Positions 33,224-42,668 are shown, counted from the first letter of the stretch. The stretch is 64,000 nucleotides of DNA from an uncultured Clostridium sp. (GCA_947064765.1 CAMSWH010000005.1:1853-65852), one strand, 5' to 3'. A program made the numbers and translations. The notes: generated from the letters alone by a model not told the origin.

Positions 33224-36200
33224 ATGTCAAATGATATAACATTAAGACCAAGCATAGAAACAGATAATAAGGCTTTTGAAACATATATAGAAGATTTTGA
33301 AATTAATTTTAAAACAGATAAAGGAAAATTTATAGGAACATTTAATACATGGAATATAGCACTAAATCTTAATAAAAATAATATAAATATTCCAGAAAAT
33401 TTAAAATTAAAACTTAAAGTTAATAATAACTATTACAAAATGCCAACATTTATATTAACTCCTGTAAGTGATGAAGAAACAACAGAAGATGTTAAAGTAA
33501 AGGGGTATGATAGATCTATTTTATTTGATACAGATTTTGAGTGGACGCAGACACTTCCTTGTACAGCAGGGCAATTGGCGCAAAATATATGTAATAAAGT
33601 AGGAGTACCTTTAAAAGATACTAATTTTGCAAATAATGATTTTATGATTTATAGTCAGGTGGCAGATAATAAGAGGACAAACAGAGAAATAATAGCAATG
33701 ATTGCAGCAATAGCAGGAGGAAATGCTTTTATAAATGAAGATGATAAGTTAGAAATTAGAAGTTTTATAGAATCCGATTTAATAGTGGAAGAATATTTTA
33801 CATCTGAGAAGTTTGTAAAAGTAGGTCCGATAACAGGTGTAAATCTTGCTAGAGAACCAATAAAAGATTATAAAGAATTAAATGATGCATCTTTATCAGC
33901 ACAATATAAAAGTTGTATGGTAAAGATAACTAATAATTTAATAGTTGATAATAATAGAGAATTAGCTCTACAACCTCTTTATAATAAGTTACATGGGCTA
34001 GAATTTTATTGTAAAAAAATAGAAACGCATGAGGCTTATTCAGTTAAGCCTTTTTCTTTTATTAAATGTAATGATAATCAAGTTTTAGTAGATACAATTT
34101 GTATAAAATATCCAACATTAATAGATTCTTATATCAGTTCGAATCAACTAACAGAAGTTGAAAGCAATGTAAGTGATAAAAGTAAAAGTTTAAAGCAAAG
34201 AATTATAAATGCGGAAGCTAAGGTAGATGAAGTAAAGGGAGAAATTGATTTAATTGCAACAGAAGTAACAGAACATGAAGATAAATTATCAGAAATTAAA
34301 TTAGATATAGATAGTATAACACATAAAGTTGAAAATATAGCAGGGATAACAAGAGAAGTATCAGGAATAACAAAGATAAAATTGGAAGAATGCATGGAAG
34401 GACAGTTATTAGAGTTACACATTTATGGTAATAATACAGTTTTTGACAGTCAATATTTATCTGACGATTTAGTTTTAGATGATGATGTAACCATTTTTGG
34501 AAATAGTTTAATTAAGGTTTATTCAGATGATTTAAGAAATAATCAACAATATTGTAAAGAAATAACAAATATGATTAATACTATAGCTGGAGATGTAGTT
34601 TCAGGTACAAATAAGAGAGCTATAACTCTCGAATATAATAGCGCTAAAGGAATAGGGAACAGTAAAAGCTTGGTTTTAAAGGTAGAACCAAACAAAAAAT
34701 ATTTTTTTGTTATAGAAAAAGCGCAGTTAGAAGAAAATGAAGTATATGCAATTGGAACTTTTACTGAGAATATAATTGATAATCCTAACAGGCATTTAAT
34801 TTCTAATAATATGATTACAAATTGCACTGTTGATAGTGAGTACAATTGGATTAGAGAAAAAAATAAATTAATTTATGAAATTGAAACAAAAGAAAATGAT
34901 AATTATATATGTGTTTATCATAATTTTTCAAATATTTATAATTATATCTCTGATTTTGAAAATTTAAAAATCTATGAAAGTTATAAAGAAATAGATTTAG
35001 GAATTGAAGATGTTTTAAGACAGTGTGAGGGTGTATGTGATGAATATATTTTGAAAGACAACAAAGCACAAATAATTAGACGAATTGGTGTAGATAGCAA
35101 TAATAACAAATATATATTAGAAAATGAAGTTATTGAAGATTTAGGAGAATTAATAATTGATTTAGCAAAAGGTACAAATTTTATAGAAATACTTGATTAT
35201 ACAGCTAATCTAAAAGCAAAATATGTGATTATAAATGAATTTACAACACATTTTGCAACTACAATAGAAATGCACTCATTAATACAGCAATTAACTCAAC
35301 AAATAATGTTAGAAGTTTATAAAAAAATTGGAAAAGAAGAAATTATAGCAAGAATTAATATGGCAATACTTGGAAAAGATGATGCAGAAATTCCAGAGGA
35401 CATTGAAAAATCAATTATCGAGATTTTGGCAAATAAAATATCAATTAAGAGTGATAATTTTGAACTTACAAAAAATGGAGTTATTAAAGCTGTCGCAGGG
35501 ACGATAGCAGGTTTAAATATGAATAAGGAACAAGGTGGAAGTTACTTATCGAAAAATTATACAAATAATGGACAGAATTATCAAAGTGGATTTTATATTC
35601 CAGATACAGGTAGTGGAACAGCCCCTTTTTTATATGCAGGTTTAAAGACACCGGGAAAATTAGCAGATGCTAGTACATATATTAGACATGATGGATTAAT
35701 AAAAGCAAAATGGTTTTCTGTAAATGGAGAAAGCGGTTATTTCTATATTAATTATGATAGTAACAAAAGAGCTATGCATCTGAATAAAAATGGAATTTAT
35801 TGGTATTTAGATGACGATAGAAATGGTAGTTGGTTTTCTTTTTTTAAAGATACAAATGGGCAGTGGTTTAGTCTTTATGATGCACCTTTTTTAGGTGTAT
35901 ATGATGGAGTCCATGCTCAAGTTATGCTTAATTTTTATAAATATAATCCAAACTCTTCAAATGGTGAACGTTTAGGTCATATTGCAGCATTTTCCTCAAG
36001 AATTACATGTAATGGAAATAGAGCTGATGGAGTAAACAATTCAATTTATATACAAGGATACGAAGTAGCAACTAATGCATCTGATAAACGTTTAAAAAAG
36101 AGAATAAAGAAAAGCAAAGATGGTGCTTTAGATATTATCAATAAAATAAAAATTAAGGCTTTTGATTGGAGAAAGCCAAGACATCATAAAAGAAAGCATG

Positions 36201-36505
36201 TAGATTTTGGATATATAGCTCAAGATACACAAGAGGTTTTAGAGAGTTTAGTTGATTACGATAAGATAAATGATAAATATCAAATGAATTTACTTAATCT
36301 GTCAGCTTTGCATACAAAGGCCATTCAAGAATTATCAAAAGAAAATCAAGAATTAAAACAAGAAAATATAGAGTTAAAGAAAAAACAAGAAATACAACAA
36401 AAACAAATAGATTTTTTAATAAATAAATTTAATTGTAAAAAAGAAATAGAAGAATATTTAAAAGGAGAAATTAAAAATGAGTTTCAAAACAATCGAATGG
36501 ATTAA
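33224..36505 (+). CDS. tail-associated/fibre protein with C-terminal S74 intramolecular chaperone domain
   Basis: 1093 aa. The C-terminus SDKRLKKRIKK..ALDIINKIKIKAFDW...DFGYIAQDTQEVLESLV...NLLNLSALHTKAIQELSKEN fits the peptidase S74 autoproteolytic chaperone pattern. Confidence 0.7.
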   Translation: MSNDITLRPSIETDNKAFETYIEDFEINFKTDKGKFIGTFNTWNIALNLNKNNINIPENLKLKLKVNNNYYKMPTFILTPVSDEETTEDVKVKGYDRSILFDTDFEWTQTLPCTAGQLAQNICNKVGVPLKDTNFANNDFMIYSQVADNKRTNREIIAMIAAIAGGNAFINEDDKLEIRSFIESDLIVEEYFTSEKFVKVGPITGVNLAREPIKDYKELNDASLSAQYKSCMVKITNNLIVDNNRELALQPLYNKLHGLEFYCKKIETHEAYSVKPFSFIKCNDNQVLVDTICIKYPTLIDSYISSNQLTEVESNVSDKSKSLKQRIINAEAKVDEVKGEIDLIATEVTEHEDKLSEIKLDIDSITHKVENIAGITREVSGITKIKLEECMEGQLLELHIYGNNTVFDSQYLSDDLVLDDDVTIFGNSLIKVYSDDLRNNQQYCKEITNMINTIAGDVVSGTNKRAITLEYNSAKGIGNSKSLVLKVEPNKKYFFVIEKAQLEENEVYAIGTFTENIIDNPNRHLISNNMITNCTVDSEYNWIREKNKLIYEIETKENDNYICVYHNFSNIYNYISDFENLKIYESYKEIDLGIEDVLRQCEGVCDEYILKDNKAQIIRRIGVDSNNNKYILENEVIEDLGELIIDLAKGTNFIEILDYTANLKAKYVIINEFTTHFATTIEMHSLIQQLTQQIMLEVYKKIGKEEIIARINMAILGKDDAEIPEDIEKSIIEILANKISIKSDNFELTKNGVIKAVAGTIAGLNMNKEQGGSYLSKNYTNNGQNYQSGFYIPDTGSGTAPFLYAGLKTPGKLADASTYIRHDGLIKAKWFSVNGESGYFYINYDSNKRAMHLNKNGIYWYLDDDRNGSWFSFFKDTNGQWFSLYDAPFLGVYDGVHAQVMLNFYKYNPNSSNGERLGHIAAFSSRITCNGNRADGVNNSIYIQGYEVATNASDKRLKKRIKKSKDGALDIINKIKIKAFDWRKPRHHKRKHVDFGYIAQDTQEVLESLVDYDKINDKYQMNLLNLSALHTKAIQELSKENQELKQENIELKKKQEIQQKQIDFLINKFNCKKEIEEYLKGEIKNEFQNNRMD

Positions 36506-36920
36506 TAAAGTTACAAAACTTAATAAAGCTACAATGGATAATTTTCAAAATAATATAAAACATGCAATAGAAGAAGATGAAAATAGACATAGCTATTTTT
36601 TAGATGAAATGCCAGTAGGTAAAACTAGTGATGGAAAAACGTTATATCGAAAAGAATTTAAAATTGAAAAAATAAGTGATGATGGAGCTGTAACAACTTT
36701 AAATATTAATATACAAAATTTGGACAAAGTGATAGACATTCGAGGAGGTTTTGATTATCACTTTAATAATAATATTGGATACGTGCCATTTAATTTTTAC
36801 AATGTAGGGGCAAAGAAAGGAACAAGTTTGTATTTTAATGGAAGTAGTATTACATACATATCTGAATTTGAAGGGGAAAATGGTCGAATTATATTAGAAT
36901 ATACGAAAACCACAAATTAG
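36477..36920 (+). CDS. hypothetical tail/baseplate protein
   Basis: 147 aa. Synteny. Confidence 0.4.
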   Translation: MSFKTIEWINKVTKLNKATMDNFQNNIKHAIEEDENRHSYFLDEMPVGKTSDGKTLYRKEFKIEKISDDGAVTTLNINIQNLDKVIDIRGGFDYHFNNNIGYVPFNFYNVGAKKGTSLYFNGSSITYISEFEGENGRIILEYTKTTN

Positions 36921-36933
36921 GAAGGAGAAGAAA

Positions 36934-38367
36934 ATGTATAAAATAAATGTCAAAGTAGAATCAAATAAAGTAGATATAATATCTCAGACAGTACCTATTA
37001 CAACTAAAAGCTTAAATGTTTTTAAATGTGTGTTTGATTTACCTCATGAGTATGAAGGATTAAGTTGTGTAGCTGTATTTACATATGTAGATAAAATATA
37101 TAAAGAAATGATAGTTGATAATGAATGTGTAATACCTCATGATATTTTATATTATAATGACAGAATAAAGTTAGGTGTGTATGCGTTTAAAGGAGAAGAG
37201 ATAGTTTATTCTCCAGTAGCAACTTCTTTTAAAATCGAAGTAGGCTCATATACAGAAGAAACATCAGAAGAAACAGAAGTTAATCAAAGTGCATTTGATA
37301 AATTAGTTGAAAAAGCAAATAATTTATATTTGAAGATAGAAAAAGCAGATACAGATTTAGATACTAAAGTAGCAGAAATTAACCAAAAATTGGAAAATGG
37401 AGATTTTAACGGAAAAAATGGCAAAGATGGAGTAAATGGACAAGATGGTAAGGATGGAATAAATGGGCAAGATGGAGCAGACGGAAGAGATGGTGTTGAT
37501 GGTCAAGACGGATTTTCTCCTAGCATATCTGTTAAACCAGATACAGATGATAAATACATATTAGAAATTACAAACAAAGATGGAAAAATTGAAACACCAA
37601 ATTTAAAAGGTAGAGATGGAACTAATGGAAAAGATGGTGTGCAAGGTATACAAGGAGAAAAAGGTGAAAAGGGAGATACTGGGCAAGATGGAAAATCAGC
37701 ATATGAAATAGCTGTTGATTTAGGATTTGAAGGAACTGAGCAAGAGTGGTTAGATAGTCTTAAAAGTGAGGAAACAGACATAGATTTAAGTCAGTATGCT
37801 AAAAAAGAAGAAGTACCACTTGTTTATTTTTGGGATGGAAAAGATAGTACTACGAATCCAGATAATATACAATTTTTTCAAGAAATATTAGATAAGTATT
37901 TAGAAGGTAAAAATGTATTAGTAGTGAATAATTCAATACAAAGTGGTATGAGAACGACACTCTCATATACGTTTGACAAAACAAAAGAATATGAATTAAC
38001 AAGTAATACTCTTGTCTCTTTTGCTACATCTAATCAATATTCTATAATAGGTTACAACGTTCTCAAAATTAAATTAAGTGTTATAGACAATATAGTAAAT
38101 GAAGTAATTAAAAGTAGTACAAGTTTTGATGTCGAACAATTCTTAAGTATAAAAAATGCTAATAATACTTATTACTTTATACCAACAAAAAAATCACAAC
38201 CAATAAGCAAAGGATTTTTAGATGAAGTAGTAGGAGACATAAATTCAATTTTAGATGCAATAAATGGAGAAGTAGTAGGAGATGAACCAACAACTTTAAA
38301 ATTAGAAGATGATATTGAATATATAAATAATGATAGTGAGGAGGTAATTGAAGATGGCAACGAGTGA
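36934..38367 (+). CDS. collagen-like repeat tail fibre protein
   Basis: Two G-X-Y runs, GKNGKDGVNGQDGKDGINGQDGADGRDGVDGQDG (nt 37411-37512) and GRDGTNGKDGVQGIQGEKGEKGDTGQDGKS (nt 37609-37695). Confidence 0.7.
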   Translation: MYKINVKVESNKVDIISQTVPITTKSLNVFKCVFDLPHEYEGLSCVAVFTYVDKIYKEMIVDNECVIPHDILYYNDRIKLGVYAFKGEEIVYSPVATSFKIEVGSYTEETSEETEVNQSAFDKLVEKANNLYLKIEKADTDLDTKVAEINQKLENGDFNGKNGKDGVNGQDGKDGINGQDGADGRDGVDGQDGFSPSISVKPDTDDKYILEITNKDGKIETPNLKGRDGTNGKDGVQGIQGEKGEKGDTGQDGKSAYEIAVDLGFEGTEQEWLDSLKSEETDIDLSQYAKKEEVPLVYFWDGKDSTTNPDNIQFFQEILDKYLEGKNVLVVNNSIQSGMRTTLSYTFDKTKEYELTSNTLVSFATSNQYSIIGYNVLKIKLSVIDNIVNEVIKSSTSFDVEQFLSIKNANNTYYFIPTKKSQPISKGFLDEVVGDINSILDAINGEVVGDEPTTLKLEDDIEYINNDSEEVIEDGNE

Positions 38368-39322
38368 TAAATTAAATTATCTTATAGATACAAAACAAGC
38401 AATAAAGACAGCAATACAGAATAAAGGTGTAGAAATAGCAGATAGTGATGCTTTTAGAAGTTATGCAGATAAAATAAGTTCAATTCCTCAAAATGTAGTA
38501 CAAGAAGCAGATGAATGGAAACCTGAGCCTGATTGGTGGGATATAGAAACAATTTTAGAAAATGATACAGAAGATTATGCACAAAAAGCTATATTCCTTT
38601 TAACAGACCAATTAGATAGTGGTAATATTATTAATATTCAAGGATTTGCTCATTATAAAACAAGTGATGGACAAGAATTTAACAAGAACATAACTGAGAC
38701 TTTTAATATATCTAATATATTTGATATTTCACAAGATAAAGAATGTAGTAAAGGATATAAAACTAGATATATTATAGGCTACACAAATTTAGATAATACT
38801 ACTATAAATGCTAATATAAATATTCCATATAATAGTATATATATTATTTATGATAATATATATACTAATAAAAAATTTAATGCAAGACGTTTTTTAGAAG
38901 GAATTAAAACTAAAAATAATTGTAGATTTACAAATTTTTCTGGTATGTTTAGTAGTTGTTATAGCTTACAATCAGTTCCAAATTTAGATACATCAAGTGG
39001 TACAGATTTTTCTAATATGTTTGGTATTTGTTATTGTTTACAATCAGTTCCAAATTTAGATACATCAAATGGTACAGATTTTTCTAATATGTTTGGTAGT
39101 TGTTATTGTTTATATAAATTAAATATATCAAAAATATCAACAACATTAAGTTTTTCTATTTCTAGTTTTTTAACATATTTAAGTTTATTAAATATATTAA
39201 ATGCATTAGTAGATTTAACAGGACAAGATGCTAAAACATTAACGCTAGGAACAACAAATATAGCAAAACTAACAGATGAAGAAAAAGCAATAGCAACGGA
39301 TAAAAATTGGATATTGAAGTAG
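38354..39322 (+). CDS. BspA/DUF285-type leucine-rich-repeat protein (candidate receptor-binding protein)
   Basis: Repeats FSGMFSSCYSLQSVPNLDTSSGTDFSNMFGICYCLQSVPNLDTSNGTDFSNMFGSCYCL. The N-terminus SDKLNYLIDTKQAIKTAIQNKGVEI..DAFRSYADKI is common in phage fibres. SD GAGGAGG. Confidence 0.65.
   Translation: MATSDKLNYLIDTKQAIKTAIQNKGVEIADSDAFRSYADKISSIPQNVVQEADEWKPEPDWWDIETILENDTEDYAQKAIFLLTDQLDSGNIINIQGFAHYKTSDGQEFNKNITETFNISNIFDISQDKECSKGYKTRYIIGYTNLDNTTINANINIPYNSIYIIYDNIYTNKKFNARRFLEGIKTKNNCRFTNFSGMFSSCYSLQSVPNLDTSSGTDFSNMFGICYCLQSVPNLDTSNGTDFSNMFGSCYCLYKLNISKISTTLSFSISSFLTYLSLLNILNALVDLTGQDAKTLTLGTTNIAKLTDEEKAIATDKNWILK
38936..39115 (+). repeat. about 2.5 copies of a 72-bp in-frame tandem repeat
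   Basis: Units start at 38936, 39008 and 39080. Copies 2 and 3 are nearly identical over about 60 nt. Confidence 0.85.
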
Positions 39323-39331
39323 GAGGTAAAT

Positions 39332-39511
39332 ATGAAGATTATAGAGAAAAAAGAACTTAATAAATTAGTGCCAGAAGAATGCAAGAAACTAAAAGATAAA
39401 GAGCAGAACGAAAATGAAGAAGAATATCTTTGTAAAGAAGCATACATACCAAAATCGTTAACACTTGAAAAATGCAAAGAAAAATTTGTAGAAGTGGAGG
39501 AAGAAGTATGA
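39332..39511 (+). CDS. 59-aa acidic hypothetical protein
   Basis: SD AGGAGG. MKIIEKKELNKLVPEECKKLKDKEQNENEEEYLCKE.... Confidence 0.4.
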   Translation: MKIIEKKELNKLVPEECKKLKDKEQNENEEEYLCKEAYIPKSLTLEKCKEKFVEVEEEV

Positions 39512-39729
39512 GCGAAACAATAATCACGGCATTAATAACTGGTGGATTAACTCTTTTAGGTGTTTTAATAAGTAATAGTAAAAGTCAAGCAGTAACAGAA
39601 ACAAAAATAGAAGAACTAACTAGAGAAGTAAGAGAACATAATAATTTTGCGAAAAGAATGCCTGTAGTAGAAGAAAAAATAAGTGTAATAAATCATAGAA
39701 TAGATGATTTAGAAAGGAAGGTAGAATAG
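39508..39729 (+). CDS. putative holin / lysis membrane protein
   Basis: MSETIITALITGGLTLLGVLISN gives one N-terminal TM, followed by a charged coiled-coil tail. Lies directly upstream of the lysin. The ORF opens at 39472. Confidence 0.5.
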   Translation: MSETIITALITGGLTLLGVLISNSKSQAVTETKIEELTREVREHNNFAKRMPVVEEKISVINHRIDDLERKVE

Positions 39730-41105
39730 TGAAACAAGAAAACAAAAAGAAAATATTAATAGCTGTGGCAATAGTATTATCTATATCAGGGTGTTTATGT
39801 GCAATATTTTATCCAGAACACGAAATTAATAACACAATAGGTACATATCAAAATATAGTAATAAATGAAATACAAGCTATAGACGAAAATATAGTCGTAG
39901 AAGATATAACAGAAAATGAAGAAGTATCATCAACAGAAAATACTGTAGAAAAGGCAACAATAGAAGACGAAGAACAACTTGAAAACGAGAAGGTGACAGA
40001 AGTTGAAACTTTTGAGTTAGAGAATGAAGAAAATATAAGTTATGATGGAGATAAAGCCAAATCATGGAATATTGAGTTAAGAGATTATCAAGGACTTACA
40101 TATTTTTCGCAAATTGATAATAGGTGGAAAAATAATTTATATACAAGTACAGGAAATAAAAGTCAAACGATAGGAAGTTCTGGTTGTGGTCCTACTTGTG
40201 CTGCAATGGTAGTAAGTTCTATAAAAGGTACAATAACACCACCACAAATGGCGGAAACATTTGTTAAAAATGGCTATCGTTCAGCAAACAACGGAACATA
40301 CTGGAGTGCTTACAGAGCTGTAGCAGATGAGTTCAATATAGGTTATACAGAAACATCAGATATTCAAAAAGCATTGGATTTATTAAGAAATAATAATTAT
40401 GTAATAGTTAGTTGTGGAAATGGTCTTTTTACAACTGGAGGACATTACATAGTTTTAGTTGGCATAGAAGGCAACACATTAAAAATATATGACCCTTATA
40501 ATTATAGTGGTAAATTCAATACTTCAACAAGACGAGGAAAAGTAGTAGTCGAAGGAAATACAATTTACTGTAGTATAGAAAATTTTAAAAGATATGCAAA
40601 TTATAAGTCATTTTTTTGTTATCAAGACATAGAACATAATGAGTCAAAATTTAAAAGTGGACGAATACTAGTAGATATTCCTGTTCAAGTTGCTCATAAA
40701 AGTGGTGACAAATGGCTTGTAGATAGTAATGGTTACCAATTTTGGATACATAAGTCTGTAAGTAAAGATGAAAATAGAATATATGGACTTGCTGATATTT
40801 GCTATGATGGAGGAACAACAGATTTAATACAAATATTTGATGAGCAGTTCTGGTGTAACGAAATTTATATGCAAAATGTACCTGTTCAAACAACAATTAA
40901 CCATATTCAAAACACAATAGGGCAAAATCGAAAGTTGCGACAAACTAGTATAATTTATCAAAACTCAAATTTAAGTGGTTTAGAATTTAATTACAGAGCT
41001 AATACTACAGTTACTGTTTTACAAAATATTTCAAATGAAATCGATAAAGTAAAAGTAAATGTGACAGGACGAACAGGATACATAAAAAGCAATTTATATA
41101 AATAA
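39729..41105 (+). CDS. membrane-tethered or lipoprotein-type cysteine peptidase lysin (C39-like domain + SH3-like C-terminus)
   Basis: GTG start. The N-terminus KKKILIAVAIVLSISGCLCAIF contains lipobox-like ISGC, followed by an acidic linker. SSGCGPTCAAMVV and GGHYIVLVG form a papain-like Cys/His pair. The C-terminal repeats include ...GRTGYIKSNLYK. Confidence 0.6.
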   Translation: MKQENKKKILIAVAIVLSISGCLCAIFYPEHEINNTIGTYQNIVINEIQAIDENIVVEDITENEEVSSTENTVEKATIEDEEQLENEKVTEVETFELENEENISYDGDKAKSWNIELRDYQGLTYFSQIDNRWKNNLYTSTGNKSQTIGSSGCGPTCAAMVVSSIKGTITPPQMAETFVKNGYRSANNGTYWSAYRAVADEFNIGYTETSDIQKALDLLRNNNYVIVSCGNGLFTTGGHYIVLVGIEGNTLKIYDPYNYSGKFNTSTRRGKVVVEGNTIYCSIENFKRYANYKSFFCYQDIEHNESKFKSGRILVDIPVQVAHKSGDKWLVDSNGYQFWIHKSVSKDENRIYGLADICYDGGTTDLIQIFDEQFWCNEIYMQNVPVQTTINHIQNTIGQNRKLRQTSIIYQNSNLSGLEFNYRANTTVTVLQNISNEIDKVKVNVTGRTGYIKSNLYK

Positions 41106-41118
41106 AATTTAAAATTTG

Positions 41119-41334
41119 ATGCATAATATTTATATGATAGAATTATACATTAGAGAAAAAAGATTAGAAAAGAATTTAACACAAGATAAGCTTTCCGAAT
41201 TAAGTGGAATTTCCAAAAGTTATATAGGAGACTTAGAAAGAAACGAAAAAGAGCCCACTATATCAATACTTTGTAGATTAGCAAAAGCTCTTGAAGTAAA
41301 AGTAGAAGAACTGTATAAGTATTATGAAGACTAA
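41119..41334 (+). CDS. XRE-family HTH protein
   Basis: REKRLEKNLTQDKLSELSGISKSYIGDLERNEKEPTISILCRLAKAL. Start uncertain (TTG 41116, ATG 41119 or ATG 41134). Confidence 0.7.
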   Translation: MHNIYMIELYIREKRLEKNLTQDKLSELSGISKSYIGDLERNEKEPTISILCRLAKALEVKVEELYKYYED

Positions 41335-41335
41335 A

Positions 41336-41357
41336 ACCGCTATAGCGGTTTTTTATA
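41336..41357 (+). terminator. terminator hairpin aaccgctatagcggtt (copy 1)
   Basis: Palindrome followed by TTTTT. A second copy of the same 16-mer lies around 41399-41414. Confidence 0.6.
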
Positions 41358-41484
41358 TATAATTATTGATAATACTGATTTCTACTCTTAGATATATAAC
41401 CGCTATAGCGGTTGTTTGTCACTTTTTGTCACTCTAAATTGTTTTATAATTATAAGGGTATAGAACACAAAGGAGGAATTAAAA

Positions 41485-41688
41485 ATGGACGTAGTAAAAG
41501 ATGAAGTAGTAGATGTAGAAAGATTATCAAGAAAGTATAATGTAAAAGAAAAATTAATAAAAAATATGATTATAATTGCTAGACAAAGTGGGTATTTAGA
41601 TATTGAAATAGCAAAATTAATAGATAATTATTTTTTAGAAAAAAGTAATGCAATAAGTAATGCAGTAGCAAAAATTTTTGATATATAA
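41485..41688 (+). CDS. small helical protein, weakly Spo0E-like
   Basis: SD AAAGGAGGAA. 67 aa. KEKLIKNMIIIARQSGYLDIEIAKLIDNYF resembles the two-helix Spo0E-like pattern (..AR..G(F/Y)....LD.LI..Y), but no clear SQELD motif. Confidence 0.25.
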   Translation: MDVVKDEVVDVERLSRKYNVKEKLIKNMIIIARQSGYLDIEIAKLIDNYFLEKSNAISNAVAKIFDI

Positions 41689-41779
41689 ATAAAATATAAA
41701 TAAAGTAAAAAATGTAGTAATATCAATATGTAGAGTGATATAAAATAAAACAGAAAGTTGTAAAACTCTATATTTTCGT

Positions 41780-41799
41780 CCTTAGGCACCAAATAATAA
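41780..41799 (+). repeat. attR core (20-bp direct repeat)
   Basis: ccttaggcaccaaataataa, identical to 4478-4497. Carries the displaced tRNA 3' end. Confidence 0.9.
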
Positions 41800-41827
41800 C
41801 TATGTTTGAATTAATAGAATTGATAGA

Positions 41828-41855
41828 AAATCAATCAGAAATGGTTGATTTTTTT
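41828..41855 (+). terminator. probable original tRNA terminator
   Basis: aaatcaa / ttgattt followed by TTTTT, just downstream of the displaced tRNA 3' end. Confidence 0.4.
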
Positions 41856-42069
41856 GTTACAAAAAATTGCTTAATCAGATTGCAAAAAAAATTAATAAAT
41901 GAGATGACTAAAAAATTGAGAAACAGCTTTACAAAGCCAATGAATTTGCGTTTTATGTAAATTTATTGTATAATAATAGTAGATTTATTATATGTTACCC
42001 TTTAGTAGTAGTTTTTTATTTTAATTACGAGCTGGAGGGTATGCCTCCAGTAGTATAGGAGGTATTTAC

Positions 42070-42447
42070 ATGAAAAAAATTTATGCTATTTTAACTTTTT
42101 TATTGGTAATGCTTTTAACTGGCTGTAGTTTTGAGGATTATGAATATGAGATAAAGGAGAATCCTATACAAGCGACAGTTATTTCCTGTGAAGAGAATTT
42201 TCATACAAACTATATGTACGAAAAAATGGCACGTGATCATGCAGATAGTTATACAATGCATAGTTATTATATGAATTTAGCCATTGAAAATGGATATTAT
42301 GACTATTCCATTTGCGTGCAGATAGATGGTAAAGACTATAATTTTACACGGAAAGAATCTGTTGAAGTGGGAGAAGAAATTACTCTCATAAGGAAGGAGA
42401 CCTACATTTCTGGACAGTTGGTTGAAACAAAAATTATTGATAAGTAA
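42070..42447 (+). CDS. lipoprotein of unknown function (in a higher-GC patch)
   Basis: MKKIYAILTFLLVMLLTGC has lipobox LTGC. SD TAGGAGG. Confidence 0.6.
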   Translation: MKKIYAILTFLLVMLLTGCSFEDYEYEIKENPIQATVISCEENFHTNYMYEKMARDHADSYTMHSYYMNLAIENGYYDYSICVQIDGKDYNFTRKESVEVGEEITLIRKETYISGQLVETKIIDK

Positions 42448-42464
42448 AGAAGGGAGAAGACAAG

Positions 42465-42668
42465 ATGAAGAAAGATTATTTGGAGGCACGGACAAGAATA
42501 GGTATTTGGTGTAAGATTTATAATCTGAAGAAGGAGCATCAGGACTTAAAGGTTGAAAAGGTATTTCGGTCAGGGTGCAGGCGCACAAAGAAATATGGAT
42601 GGTGCGCATTCGTGCAGTATACCGAAAAGACAGAAGTATCTGAGCCTGCAGAAAAAAACAATGGATAA
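42465..42668 (+). CDS. hypothetical 67-aa basic protein (in a higher-GC patch)
   Basis: SD GAAGGGAGAAG. Followed by the 11-bp hairpin tcgaagcacac/gtgtgcttcga (42689-42728). Confidence 0.45.
   Translation: MKKDYLEARTRIGIWCKIYNLKKEHQDLKVEKVFRSGCRRTKKYGWCAFVQYTEKTEVSEPAEKNNG

Larger units (their letters stand above)
4478..41799. mobile_element. integrated siphovirus-type prophage (~37.3 kb) in tRNA-Leu(CAA)
   Basis: Bounded by the 20-bp direct repeat. Integrase sits next to attL. Between the repeats lie complete lysogeny, recombination/replication, packaging, head, tail and lysis modules. Confidence 0.9.
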
